Below the pieces are notes generated by a model, which had not been told where the DNA came from, ran no database searches, and saw only the letters and a list, made by a program, of their open reading frames with translations. A DNA stretch of 64,000 nucleotides from Cladosporium halotolerans (lineage: Eukaryota): the NCBI RefSeq assembly GCF_011745625.1, contig NW_027191461.1, forward strand, positions 434,001-498,000. The letters are read 5' to 3'. The translations under genes were made by a program, and so were the position numbers. Shown here one piece after another: positions 11,313-24,075 of this stretch (positions within the stretch are counted from its first letter, which is position 1; the number at the start of each line of letters is the position of its first letter).

Positions 11313-14300
11313 ATGTCTACAGCAGACTTTCTGAACCAGGACTTTGGCGACGATTCTGAGGAGGACTTCAACCCGGAGCCAGAGAGGAACTCCGACGACG
11401 AGGGCGACGCGAAGCCCGACACGAACGGCGATGACGAGGATGATGAGCCTGCACAGCAATCACGAGGCGGTCGTGATAATCGGGACGGCAATGATGATGT
11501 GAAGGATGAAGCGGAGGACAATGAGGGCGAGGATGAAGAGGAAGGCGGCGACGAGGAGGACGAAGAGGATGATGAGGAAGATGACGAAGAAGAAGAAGAT
11601 GACGATGTAGAGGTACATTCACTAGCTGGGCAGGGAAATGGCTTTGGATGCTAACATACTACAGGGTCAACCCTCGCGCAAACGCCGGCGGAAGCAGAGG
11701 CGCAACCAGTTCATCGACGTCGAAGCTGAGGTCGACGAGGAAGACGAGGAAGAGCCTGAGGAGGACGAAGATCTCCCCGGTGAGGAGATGCACCCTGACG
11801 ACTTGCAAGAACTTCCCCCAGGCGCCGATCGCGATGACCGCAAGCACCGCGAGCTTGACCGCCAACGTGACATGCAAATGCACATTGACGCAGAGGAGGA
11901 GGCTGCAAGACTCAAAGAGAGATACGGTCGCCAGGGCCGTGCGGGAGGCGGAGGAGCCGCGATCATAGACCAAAGGCTCCTGATGCCTACGATCGACGAC
12001 CCTCGCATCTGGCGCTTGAAGTGTCGCCCAGGCAAGGAGCGCGAGATTGTTGTCAACATCACACATCGCATCTTCGAGCGGGCCACTACACGCGACCCTC
12101 TCCGCATTATCTCAGCCTTCTTTAGAGAGGGCGCCATGTCCGGCAACCTGTACGTCGAGGCACGACGCCAGGAAGACATCGTACCAGCACTCGAGAACAT
12201 CACGCACATTTTCTTCGGCACTAAGCCTATGATGCTGCCTCTTGAAGAGATGCCGGACCTCCTTCGCATCAAGAAGACCAAACAGCTCGAGCCCGGGATG
12301 TACGTTCGCATCAAGCGCGGCCTGTACGCTGGCGACCTTGGACAAATCGACGAGGTGGAGGCGAACAATGTCAACATGACTGTGAAGCTTGTACCGCGTC
12401 TCGACTACGGTTTGACAGAGGACGCCAATGCCGCTCCCGGTCTCGACGGCAACAAGCGCAAACGCCCTGTAACCACACGCCCTCCTCCGAAGCTCTTCAG
12501 CGAAGCTGAGGCCAGGAAGAGGCACAGCAGATACCTCTCGAGAGTACAAGGCTTGAGCAACAACAACTTCAACTACCAGGGCAAGGAGTACATCAATGGC
12601 TTCTTGGTGGACACTTTCAAGATCAACAACTTGCAGACAGAAGATGTCAACCCGACACTCGAGGAAGTCACCAAGTTTACCGCGAGCACCGAAGAAGGAG
12701 GCGAGGGTCTTGATCTTACTGCTCTTGCCGCAACTCTGAAGTCGAACGCCGGCGCGATCTTCCAGCCTGGCGACAATGTCGAGCTGTTCCGCGGTGAACA
12801 AAAGGGCGTCGGAGGTCGCGCCGTCAAAGTCTACGGTGACCTTGTCTCTATTCGTGTGCTCGAGGGCCCTCTACGCGGACAGACTATCGAAGCGCCCGTG
12901 CAAGATCTGCGCAAGAAGTTCCAAGAGGGTGACCATGTGAAGGTCATCGGAGGCAGCAAATTCCAAGACGAGGTCGGCATGGTTGTCCGCATCAGAGACG
13001 ATAAGGTGACTATCTTGACCGACTCGAATCAGCAAGAAGTCATCGTCTTCAGCAAGGATCTCCGCGAGGCGTCGGACTCTGGCGGCACCATCGGCACAAC
13101 GCCCTACTCTCTTTTTGATCTTGTTCAAATCGATGCGTCCACGGTGGGCTGTGTGGTCAAGGTTGACCGGGAGAGTGTCCGTGTTCTTGATCAGAACGGT
13201 GCGGTGCGCCAGATGCTTCCTAGCAACATCTCCACCAAGATTGAGCGTCGCCAAAACGCCATTGCTACGGATCGCGACGGCAACGAGATCAAGCACGATG
13301 ATCAGATCAAGGAGTATGGTGGCGAGCAGAAAGTCGGTCATGTCATCCACCTGCACCGCAACTTTGCCTTCGCTCGCAACCGCGAACGTCAGGAGAACGC
13401 TGGTATCTGGGTGTCGAGAAGCAGCAACATCATCACGGTGGCCGCTAAGGGCGGCCGGTCCAACAGGCCTGGCGCGGACCTCTCTGGCATGAACCCAGCG
13501 ATGAAGAAGGGCGGCCCTGCAGCGAACGCCCCAGCGATGCCGCCGCCCATGCAGAAAGGTCGTGACAGGCTCATAGGCAAAACCGTGCGTATCAAGCTCG
13601 GCCCGCAGAAGGGCATGATCGGTCTGGTTAAGGACACGACTGATGTCATCGCAACCGTGGAATTACACGCGAAGAATAAGAAGGCGCTGATCCCCAGGGA
13701 CAAGCTGAACATCATCGACCCCAACACCGGCGCGGTCATCGGCGACGGCAAGGCCTCTGGTGGTGGATCGAGACCTCCGGGCATGCCGCCTGGAGCTATG
13801 CGCTCCGGCGGACAGACTCCCGGCCGCGGCTTCGGCGCCGCTCCTGCGGGTTCGCGCACCCCCTCTTATGCTATGGGCGGTGGCAGCAGAACGCCTGCAT
13901 GGAAGGCGGACGCTGGAGCGCGCACGCCCGCTTACGGCGGGGGTACTTCCTACGGAGGTGGCTTCGGCGGTGCGACGGCATATGGCGGCCAGACGAGTTA
14001 CGGAGGTGGCACTAGCTACGGAGGTGGCACGAGCTATGGCGGAGGCAGCGTCTGGGGCGGCGGCGGCGGCGGTGGTGTAAGTGAACCATGAGTGATCAAT
14101 CTAGACTGCAAGCTAACACATGTCTCAGCAATCTGCCTGGAACCCCAGCGGCGGCCGCACACCAGCACACCAGCCCAGCGGCGGCAGAACCCCTGCCTAC
14201 GGCGGCGGACTTGACGCTCCCACTCCTGGCTTCGCCAACTCCGCACCCACGCCCGGGGCCTATGGCGACCAGCCGACTCCCGGTGTGTACAAGGGAAGCG

Positions 14301-14365
14301 GCTACCCTGAGACTCCGTACACTGCCGAAACCCCTGGCGGCGACGATGGGCCTCGCTACGATTAG
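11313..14365 (+). CDS. SPT5: Transcription elongation factor Spt5; exons 11313-11612, 11665-14076, 14129-14365
   Basis: Acidic N-terminus, NQFIDVEAEVD, NGN domain, several KOW motifs, and C-terminal repeats (GSRTPAW, GGRTPAY, GGTSYGG). Both introns are canonical and keep the frame. Confidence 0.95.
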
Positions 14366-14787
14366 AGGCAAATCCAAGAACACAAGAAAAAAGATCACGA
14401 AAAGACCAAAAACATCTGCGAATTGAATTACGTGCTTTGCGGTGTTTTCGGCTGACAGCGGGCATCTTCGGGAGCGAGGTATAGCGATCACGGAACGTTT
14501 CATCAAACAAAAACTGGGGGACTTTAGAAAACTTACCAAGCCATCAGCGAGGCTTAAGTAGCTATTTGGCAGGTGCTGTACTATTATACCATTGATTTAG
14601 CCTCTTCCAGATGATCATGTCTTCACTGCTTGCCGTGCTTCTTGGCCGTGTGGTGATGGGGCGATAGGCGTCCTTCAATGCTCTGGAATACAGTCGACTG
14701 CCATCACGACATGTTTCACGGCTTGCTCGCACGTTTTCCCGTGCTTTGCAGACTGAGATAGGTCCAAGGGGAAACATGATTATAAAT

Positions 14788-16463
14788 CTACGAAGTCTTA
14801 ACCTTAGCCTGCCTAAAGCTCTTCAGCTCCTTCAGCGCTGACATGATCATCGGCACCGCCATCGGGCCCAGCAAAGGCACGTACACCGCGACCTTGTGCT
14901 CGTCCGGGAAGTACACCTGCCCGACCATGGAGGGCTCGAAGAACGCCTTCTCCGCCTCCGCCTCCGCCGTGCGCGCGTTCTCGAACGCCAGCTGGTACCG
15001 GCCCTCGCGCAGGTTGCTGCACGCTTGCTCGAGGTGGCTGATCGTCTCGTCGACCGAGGTGGCGACGGAGGGCGGGATGGCGATGGACTCGAGTTTGCGG
15101 GTCAGGCGATTGAGAGCGCCGAGAGTGGAGGAGGCGGAGAGGATGAGGGAGGTGGCGCGCTCACGTTTCAGACTTGCGATGCGCATGGCTAGCGAGGGCG
15201 GGGAGTTTGGCACGCCGAGTAGGGAGATAAGCTGGTCGGCGAACGTGAGCATGACTGGTTCGAGGTCTGAGGTCGTCAGGCGGCCTGCTTGTTTCTCGCT
15301 TGGGTTGAGGATCTGGACGCCGCCCCATTGCGGGATAGTCCAGCTGTTGCCGCCTGTCTCGAGTAGGAGTGGTGTTTGGCCTGGGCCGGGAATGTATAGG
15401 ACCATGTTAAGTGTCGGTCCGGACCCTATGCTGGGGCTCAATGGCCATTCGGCGGCGTTGATGAAGCCGCTCAGATCTGATTGCAAGAGCTTGTACGAGT
15501 TGGTCGCTTCGTCGTACTGTGGTCCAGCGATGGAGGGGGAGAATGAAGCGAAGAGCTGGACTTGAGTGTCAATTTGGAAGTCGCTCACGGTCGACAGTTG
15601 GCGCAGAAGCGGTTTGATGTATTGCCGGAGCGCTTCTTCGATGTCCCATGCTGAGGGAGATGCTGAGGCTGCAAAAAGCGAGAATGTGACATGGTACGTT
15701 GATGAGTACTTGAAAGCGCGAGTCGTGCGTTTCTCGATTGCCTTCGTAGCCTCTGTTCCGAGGTTGAATCCTTTACTTGCTGCATGAAATGGACTGTGAC
15801 GGAGCAAATAGGTGATGGATGCTTGTTCGTCCTTGAAGATCTGCTGCAGCTCATTGACCAGAAAGGCGACAAGATTGTCGGTTCCTATTGAGTCCATAGG
15901 TCCGTGGGTTAATTCAAGCGTTGGGGTCATAGAAAGCAGATTGGCAGAAGGCGCTTTGCTTGTGGATTGCTGCTGCATTGACGCCGTGAGAGCACGCTCA
16001 TGGGTGGCGTTGTGGTGGTCGTCCAGAGCAGAAATCTGAAAAGAGAACAGAGATTGGCCATTGTCCAGATTCAATGTATTTTCGGTTTTCTCGGCAATAG
16101 CCTTCAACTGGTCAAGTGGCAATGATCCCGTCTCCAAGGCTACATGAATCGGATACTTGAGGTCGCACGCCTGCTAAAAGGGTCAGCATGCATCCTTACT
16201 TTGATGGGCCAGTGTAAACATACATGGCCTTCTGACCACCGAGTCATCTGTTCCGCAGGTAGTTCCGCGCGGTATATCGAAGTAGTCCATATCCAGTGAG
16301 GCAAACCCAAGGTCGCTACGACAGCCCAGAAGGCCAGTATGATGATGCGGCGTGTCCAGACTGAGCCTGGGCTCTCTGGAGGAGCAACAGAGACCGCATC
16401 AGCCTTCTCGGATGCAGGAGTAGCATCCTTGTCAATGACAGTGCCTTGCAATGGCTCAGCCAT
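14788..16463 (-). CDS. GPI17: GPI transamidase subunit PIG-S/Gpi17; intron 16223-16171
   Basis: N-terminal TM followed by WTTSIYRAELP; LSGFINAAEWPL; IPQWGGV; AEKAFFEPSMVGQVYFPDEHKVAVYVPLLGP. Confidence 0.92.
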
Positions 16464-17158
16464 TGTGACCGTTGGTGGGGTTCCTGACCGTCAACACCCA
16501 GGTGCAGGAGGTGTAGTAAACGGCTTTGCGGAGTAGCTTCGGCGATATCCCGCTCTGCAGCGTCGAGATACGTTGCCAGTGAGGCGGCACTACGAGTGTG
16601 TAGACGAGGCGTATGATGTATGATACGGAGCAAAAATAATCAATAGGCATGTACCTGTATGTGAGCACGTCCATGGCGGCATTGTCACATCATTGTGGAA
16701 GCTTGCCTAACCGGATCGCGCACACAGTCGCCCTCTCTCCAACCGCATGCTTTGACGTATACTACAACCCTGCAGAGCACTGAAAGATCATGTTGCGATG
16801 GCAGACGTGCAAGATGGGACTGAAAAATGCTGTTATTTTGCAGAACGACAGAAAAGATTGAAACGAAGCGACCATGCAAGCCTCTCGAACTTCGCTTCTC
16901 GACTACAGAATATCCTGCCAGAATCCGTCTTCAATCGTAGCACGCTGCGTAAAGTTTTGTCTCTAAAGGGAAATGGGAGAGGAGAAGGAGCAACCGCAAA
17001 CTTCTCCTGCTCGTCTTGTGTGTCCCTCGTTGCCACGCCAAGACTCTATGTTTCCGCCTGTCTGGAACGTCCGTGTTTCGCCAAACTCCGGTCGCGACTG
17101 TCGTGTGTGCAGACAGAATCGGCCTTCTCACCAGCTTCGTGTAGCTAGCTCGTGTCAC

Positions 17159-17959
17159 TTACACGTACTGCGAGAGCCAGCGGATACCCTCGCCGTAGCC
17201 CTGGCGCATGACGACGGAGCACATGAAGATCTCGACCGGGCGGATGCCCTCGAGAGGGACCTTGCCCTTACCAGCTGTTGCGAATATACGTCAGCACACC
17301 GTATCCTCAACCTATGTCCATGCACTTATTTGTGGCAATCTTACTGGTCTGGTAAAGGCCGAGCTCATGCCTGAGCTGGTCCTCGCTCACAGCGTTGGGG
17401 TGGTCGATCTTGTTGCCCAACACAAGGAAGGGAGTCTTGCTCAGGTCCTCCATGCTGAGCAGGGCGTCGAGCTCAGCCTTGCTCTCGGCGAAGCGCTCGG
17501 GGTCCTTGGCATCGACGAGGAAGACGATACCGCTGACTTCGGGGAAGTAATCCTTCCACAGGCGGCGGGCCTGCTGGTGACCGCCAAGGTCGAAGGTGGT
17601 GAAGCGGCAGGCGCCGATAGAGAGTTCCTCGGACGTGGGGTGGAGAGTCGGTTGCAGGATGGCGACGCGGTCGTTCTTGAGCATGTGAAGGAGCTGTAGG
17701 GCAGGGAATCAGTGGGATATTCACTGGAGAGAGTTGGTCGGCGGAGAGGACGTACGGTGGTCTTGCCGGCGTTGTCGAGACCAAGGAAGAGCAGCTTAGC
17801 GTGCTTGTTGGCCAGCCCAAGCTGAGCGAGCATATCCCAGACTGTACAGTGGTATTCCCGTCAGCATCTTTCCCATCATACACCTTTCCATGTGTTCCCA
17901 TAATGCGCCAGTCCAGGGTTGAGACCGAGGTTCAACGTACACCAATCGAGAATCCACAT
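17159..17959 (-). CDS. SAR1: Small COPII GTPase Sar1, 4 exons
   Basis: The spliced product reads [97 protein letters not shown]. Confidence 0.95.
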
Positions 17960-18270
17960 CTTGTCCTCGTTCTCTGTGAGATTTGTCCGTGATATCCGGT
18001 CGGTATGTGGGAGTCGCAGTGCGATGTGTGAGAGTCAGGTGAAGTGTTGCGACAGGGAAGACGGGTACGATAGCGGACGGCTTATGGGAGCGCCGGGGCG
18101 GCGATGGCGATGTCACAGGGCTAGAGGTGCCACTAGCGCCAAGCACCGCGCCGACCTCACTGCCAGCTGGTCCCTGAGCCAGCGGACTATTGGCGAGGAG
18201 CAGTGACCGAACGTTTATACCAGGTCAATTGATTGAAACAGACCAGAACACAAGACGCTCATTCGAGAAT

Positions 18271-18676
18271 ATGGGCGCAAACAACCCGGTATGCTATACT
18301 CACTACCTATTCTCCAAGCCAGACCCCAGGCTAACTTCGGACTGCCCCACCAGCTCGACCGCGTCGCAGGTCTCGCAATGCTCGTCCTTGCTAGCACCGT
18401 GTTCGCCTACTACACTATCTGGACTCTTCTTATGGTACGAAACATCCTCGACGATGACAATGTTCCGTCCTAACAAGTTCCCTCTAGCCCTTCGTCGACG
18501 ACTCGCACCCGATTCAGTCCCTCTTCCCACCCCGCGTCTGGGCCATTCGCATCCCCGTCATCATCCTTCTCCTCGGCGGCGCTGTCGTCGGCAGTTTCCT
18601 TAGCGTGGTAATGGTGCGAAGCAATCGCAAGAAAGCGGCTAAGGCAGCCAAGGCGAAGCAGCAGAAGGCACAGTGA
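18271..18676 (+). CDS. DPM2: Dolichol-phosphate mannose synthase regulatory subunit DPM2; exons 18271-18288, 18354-18434, 18488-18676
   Basis: Spliced product MGANNPLDRVAGLAMLVLASTVFAYYTIWTLLMPFVDDSHPIQSLFPPRVWAIRIPVIILLLGGAVVGSFLSVVM...; two TM helices and the YYT-W..PFVD..HP motif. Confidence 0.88.
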
Positions 18677-18910
18677 GCGTCTGGTCGGATTGCATAGCGA
18701 AGGGTCACAGGACTCAGGGGATCGATTAATCAAAGGCGGGAGCGGGGCGTCTATTGCTTTCAAGAGATATACCTACCCTTGCGAAATAGTATGGGACACT
18801 TTCAATTGATATTTGCGGACATCGAAGCTGAAGTGAATCTCATTGCTTCGTGCTTGATGTGTTCATTCCCTTTGGCCGTTGGTAAGGTTTCGCCCGGCCA
18901 ATTCGAAAGA

Positions 18911-21900
18911 CTACATGACACTGCACTCCTCCCCAAGCACCAACCTCACAGGTCCTTCCTCTGCACCCTCCTCACCCTCAAGCTCAGCGCCCAAGCCCTC
19001 ACCACCTCCAGCAGCACGGGAAGCTCTCAGTCGAGTAGCAAGTTCGGCAAGCATCGAACGCTGTCATTTCAATCCAGTCAGCAAATCGTGATCCGAAAAC
19101 AGACCAAACCGTGTCGTAAGTTGCCCGATCGTCGTCAACACAGCTCGAAGCAGCTGCGCGGGCTATTCGTCCCAAGGCAGAGCGCCCACGTTTCCGAGCC
19201 TGCCGAACAGAAGCTCGAGCAGGTGGCGGTGCGGGAACTGCGAGAGACCGATCAGAGCAAATCGACTGCACGTAAGGTCTCAAAAGTAGGTGACAGTAGG
19301 AATTTGAAAGAAGCAGGACTCGCTACGAGTCTTCCTCCGACAGCCATCCCTCCACGACATGGCCAAGCGGCGGCGAGAAAGAAAAGCCACTTACCGTGAT
19401 GAAAGCGTCCTGGTTACCGCCCTGCCGCTCCACGTCGTTCTGCTGCATGATCTGATAGCTCTGGTGCAAGCGCTTGCGGCTCGCCAGGCCGTTCGGCGCT
19501 ACGTACTCGTCATCCTCGTCATCGTCCTCCTCTCCACGCGGAGGCATCGCCGGTTCGGAGGTGACGCTGGACTCGTTTTGCGAGCCACTGCGGCGGGAGG
19601 GCCTTCGGCGACCCATGCGCGGTGGCCAAGCAAGTGAAGAAAACTGGCTGGCGTCGCGAGCCTCGATACCACGGCCGAGCCTGGCCGCTTCGCGCGCGCG
19701 GGCATCGGGCGAAAAGATCTTGATCGTGTGGTCGATGCCGCTGACAGCTAGCATGGGTTCGTAGGGGTGACCTTGCACGACGTTCACGACCTCGCCGTCG
19801 CCCTCCAGGATGTTGACGAGCTCGCTTGTCTTGCGATCCCAGATGAACAGATTGCCGTCGTCCGAGCCAGAGACCACGTACTCGTCGTCGAGGCCGAAGA
19901 AGTTGACGTCTTTGACCGTCTTCACGTTGCAGTGGCCACTGTAGACGCGCGTGTGAGCGCTGCATGGGACGTTGACAGCGACTTTCTCACGCATGCGGCG
20001 GCGTTCGAACGCCGAGCGGTACATGAAGCGAGGCAGGCCGGTGTTCGGGACGCCGTCTTCTTCGTCTGGGTCGGAAGAAAGCTCATCCTCATCATCATAG
20101 TCCTCTTCGGAATCGCTAGGCCCGTCGTAGTCGTCATCGTCGTCATCTTCGAGCTCATCGTCTTCATCGCTAGAAGGTCCGTCCAGCTCGCCAGACGATT
20201 CGACGTCCGCCATCATCTCAGCGACCACATCAGCAGGCACTGCTCCGCCTGTGCGCTCTTCTTCGTCCACTCCCACAGATTGCCGTAATTCTCCAGCCGC
20301 AACCGTAGCATCCGCCGTAGACGCATCATCTCCCGCATCCCCACTCCTCGCCACAACCTCCACATCCCTCACAGGCTCATCCTCACCCTCACTAACCTCC
20401 TCCAACCCCGCCTCCTCCTCAGCAGTCTCCCTAACAACACGCCCAACACCGCCAAAAGCCCGATCGACAAAAGTGTAATTGACCCCCTCGGCAGCATTAA
20501 GCAGCACGCCGCGCGCAACCTTCTCGCCCCAGTACCGGAACGCAGTCTTCCTGTCCTGCGCCTGCACCTGCGCCTGCGCGCCCTCCTCCTCCGACCTCGC
20601 GACAGCAGCAGCGGACGACAGATCGGCGAAAGGGATCTTGACAGCCGCCGCGAAAGCGCGGACGGCGGCCTGCTCGGACGCGAAAAGCTGCCGCCTCTCG
20701 TCGACCTCGAACCTGTTCGCCTGCACGTTCGCGACGGGCTTGTGGCGCGCGAGGCCGAGGAGGTAAGGGACTAGGATGTCGTCGAGGGCTTCGGGCGTGG
20801 CCTCCGCGGCGGGGATGGGGAGGCGCTCGGCTGCTTTGGAGGTGGGCGACATCTCTTCTGGGCGCGTGAAGCCTTCGACGAGGCGCCCGACGCCGGACTC
20901 GAGCCAGAGGAGGATTGCCTTGAGGAAGTCGTAGCCGAAGTGCTCGCTTTGGGTCAGGGTGAGGTCGTTGGTGCGGATGTCTATCGTGGAGAATTGCGCT
21001 ACGAGAGGGCTTGTGGCGCCAGAGGGTGTTTGCAGCTTGCCTCCGAGAGCGCGGGCGAGGGTTCCAGCGGCTTGGACGAATCTTCGTCCGCTTTCGCGAT
21101 TACGGCGGAGGGTTTGCTGGAAGACTACGTCGTTCGGTAGCGGGTCGACGGGATAGCCCCAGTCGCGCATGGCCTGATCCATGTCCGATAAGATGCTGGC
21201 GGAGATTCCCAGAGCAGACGTGAAGGCCGCGGTGGGTTCGTGTTCGCCGAAGAGAGACGACCGGATTTTGACCGTCGCCTTCGCAATCCTCTGAGCGTCC
21301 CTCTGCTTTTCGGTGAGTGGTGCTGTGGCGGCTCGGCGTGCTTGTTCGCGGTTGGGCAGAGGAATGTCTTCTTGCTGGCCGTTCTGGTAACGTATGCGAA
21401 GAGCCCTTTCGTCTCCCTCGCTCTCGGCTGACTCCGTTCGCGGCCGCGAAGTGACCCTCGGAGCATCGCCCTCAGTCGAGGAGCTGCTGCGCTCATTCGA
21501 CTTGCGTTTTCGCTTCTTGTCCTTGCCCGCTTTCACTCTGCCGCCCGAGCTGCGTTGAGGCGGTTCCGTAGACACAGACTCATCTGCACCCGGTCCTCGT
21601 ACGAGGTCGAACGAATAGATGTGATCTCCACTCCAACTGACAATCATCTCGTCCGGCCTGGCATCGCTGATCTTCAGCGCAGTGATATGCCCGTTCTCCG
21701 TCCTGCCCATCTTCTGCTGTCCCCTCGGCGCGAACTTCCTAACGCACTTCGTAGCCTGGGCCATGCCCTCCTCCGCTTCAGCAGACATGCGGCCAGACGA
21801 TGACATCGGCGTGCCAGACTCCGTGTGCTTATCCCGACCCGCCATGCGCCTGTCGTGCAAGAAAGCGTGAAGATGCGCGCCACCGAGGGCGATGTAATGC

Positions 21901-22646
21901 GGCTGCGAGCCCGAGCAAGAGATGGAGTTCAGATCGAGATTGTAGCGCTTGTACGAGATCAAAGGCGGCGGCACGACTCCGTCTCCGCCGAACCGCCCTC
22001 CTCTAGGCGACGGGTATGCGGAAGACGGCTGCCGCAGATCCCACTGTCTGACCTCGCCGTCCTCTGAGCACGTGAGGAACAGGTATGGCGAAGATTCAGT
22101 GACGATCCTCTTGACACGGTCGCCGTGGCTCCTGTACACCCTGCAATCCGTGTCCCCGTCGCTGAGATATTTCACGCCGTCGAAGACGTTGTTCCTGCCT
22201 CTTCTCCTGCCTTCAGAGGCCAGATGGGACGCAGCAGAGGCCGCGCCCGCGTGTCCGGCATATTCAAGATCAAACACCCTGACCTCCCCATCGCCCGCGG
22301 CAGTTATCACCGTCCTGTCACGGCTGTGGGGCATGAACTTGACGGAGAAGATATTCTGCGTGTGGCCGGTGGCGACCGTAGTCGCCAGCTGGAATTGTTG
22401 GTTCTCATCTTGCGACTGGTATTTGTGGATGTTGAGGTGCTGGTCGTCGGAGCCGGAGGCTAGGAGGCTGCCGGATTTGGACCAGCTCAGAGCGTTGACG
22501 CAGCCGGAGTGGCCGTCGAGTTCATTGACGATGTCGAGTTCGTTGATAAGCGAGCGGTCGCTGTAGAGCTTGCGGTACGCGTGGTTTGGAAGGGCAAAAT
22601 CCGAGGTCTCGCGGTGCAGGATTTTTGTGCTGAGGTGGTCCTTCAT
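18911..22646 (-). CDS. DCAF8/DCAF6-like WD40 protein (Cul4-DDB1 substrate receptor family); exons 22646-19395 and 19060-18911, ending in CaaX motif CSVM
   Basis: LDGHSGCVNALSW..LASGSDD, GHTQNIFSVKF, YSGHCNVKTVKDVNF, VVSGSDDG, VVNVVQGHP..LAVSGID. The GTAAGT donor at 19394 and a GCTGAC..CAG acceptor at 19061 give RSMLAELA...EECSVM*. Confidence 0.85.
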
Positions 22647-23142
22647 GATCGCGAATGGCGAGCTGATGGACGGAGCTGTTGTTCAGCGAAGCTCTGATGG
22701 GAAGTGGTCGTGATGGATCTGGTGAGATCTCGGGTCCGTCAGTCAGTCAGTCAGGTGTGCGTGGCATGTCTGTTAATGCTAGTGAGGCCGTGTGAGGGTG
22801 AATGTGGCACGAGACCGGCAGTCGATTGATTGCTATGTGGTGTCATGAGAAGTGAGCCTGAACAGACGTCACAGCGCACAGCTCCCGAATCGTGCGCCGC
22901 TGCCCCGCGTCTGGCTGCCAATCTTCACATGCCAAAGAGCAACGATGGCACAAATGCAACGAAAAAAACAAACATGAGATGGGATACCATGACAGTATAT
23001 GGTTAGCCATTATCGGCCAATCTCTGTTCAAAAAACAACTGATAGATTGAGTGTCCGAGTTGGCGAACGGGACAATCTCAAAAACACCCATGATGCTTCG
23101 AAATGAAATCGTAATAAATCCTCCATCCTCAAACAAAACCCA

Positions 23143-24075
23143 TCACAACCTCGACCTCTCCCCCTCCCCCTCCAACCCCCCACACCTCTCCAAAACCCAG
23201 TCCCCAACATCCCCCGCATACCGGACCTTCTCCTCCCCAACCTCAACATGCAACTGATGGAACCAGCCCTCGTAAACCCTCAACTCCCTATCCCCCGCCT
23301 GCACAAACCCAAACATCCTCCTCGTCGCCTCGAAATCGCAGATGCCATCCGCCGTGCCGTGGCCCACCCACAGCCTCGTCTTGCCCCCCTCGCCCACCCC
23401 CTCCGGCACCCGCACGCTCCCGACCTCCAGCGCCGCCGCCCGGTCCAGCATCCCCGCCAGCCCCTCCAGCGTCCCCGTGTCGTGGCACAGCGGGTCCGCG
23501 CGCACGACGTCCGCGTGCGCCGCGTCCCGGCTCAGCAGCAGGGGGTCGAGCCTGTTGACCATCTGGAAGCGGGGCAGGAGCTTTCCCGCCAGGCGGCCCA
23601 GCAGAACCGTCGACTTCCAGGGCCGGGACTTGGGGTGCAGGGCGACGAAGGGGGACTCGGCGAGGAAGCCGCGGACGCGGCGCAGGGTGTCCGCGGGCCC
23701 TTGCGCGGTGTAGGTCAGGACCTCGGCGCCGCCCATGCTGTGGCCCATGAGGAAGAGGGGCGCGTCGGCGGGGACGGTGGCGAGGAAGGCGGTGATGTCG
23801 GCGAGGACGGTGGGGGTGGGGCCTGTGAGGCCGCGCTGGTGCTTGGAGGGGGCGCTGCGGCCCCAGCCGCGCTGGTCGAAGGCGTGGCAGGCGATGCCGC
23901 GGGCGGCGAGGATGTGGAAGAAGGCGTCGTAGTAGCCGATGTGTTCGGAGAAGCCGTGGACGAAGGCCAGGCGGGCTTTGAGGGGGGTTGAGGCGGAGGG
24001 GTGCGTGGTTTTGGTGTAGAGCTGGGTGCCGTCGGGGAGGGCGAGGGTGCCTTCTTCGGTTGTGATGTCTGACAT
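23143..24075 (-). CDS. Alpha/beta hydrolase, monoglyceride lipase/lysophospholipase (Yju3-like) with PTS1 SRL
   Basis: VHGFSEH, FDQRGWGRS, nucleophile elbow GHSMGG, HGTADGIC and YEGWFHQL. Ends ERSRL*. Confidence 0.88.
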   Translation of the reverse strand: MSDITTEEGTLALPDGTQLYTKTTHPSASTPLKARLAFVHGFSEHIGYYDAFFHILAARGIACHAFDQRGWGRSAPSKHQRGLTGPTPTVLADITAFLATVPADAPLFLMGHSMGGAEVLTYTAQGPADTLRRVRGFLAESPFVALHPKSRPWKSTVLLGRLAGKLLPRFQMVNRLDPLLLSRDAAHADVVRADPLCHDTGTLEGLAGMLDRAAALEVGSVRVPEGVGEGGKTRLWVGHGTADGICDFEATRRMFGFVQAGDRELRVYEGWFHQLHVEVGEEKVRYAGDVGDWVLERCGGLEGEGERSRL

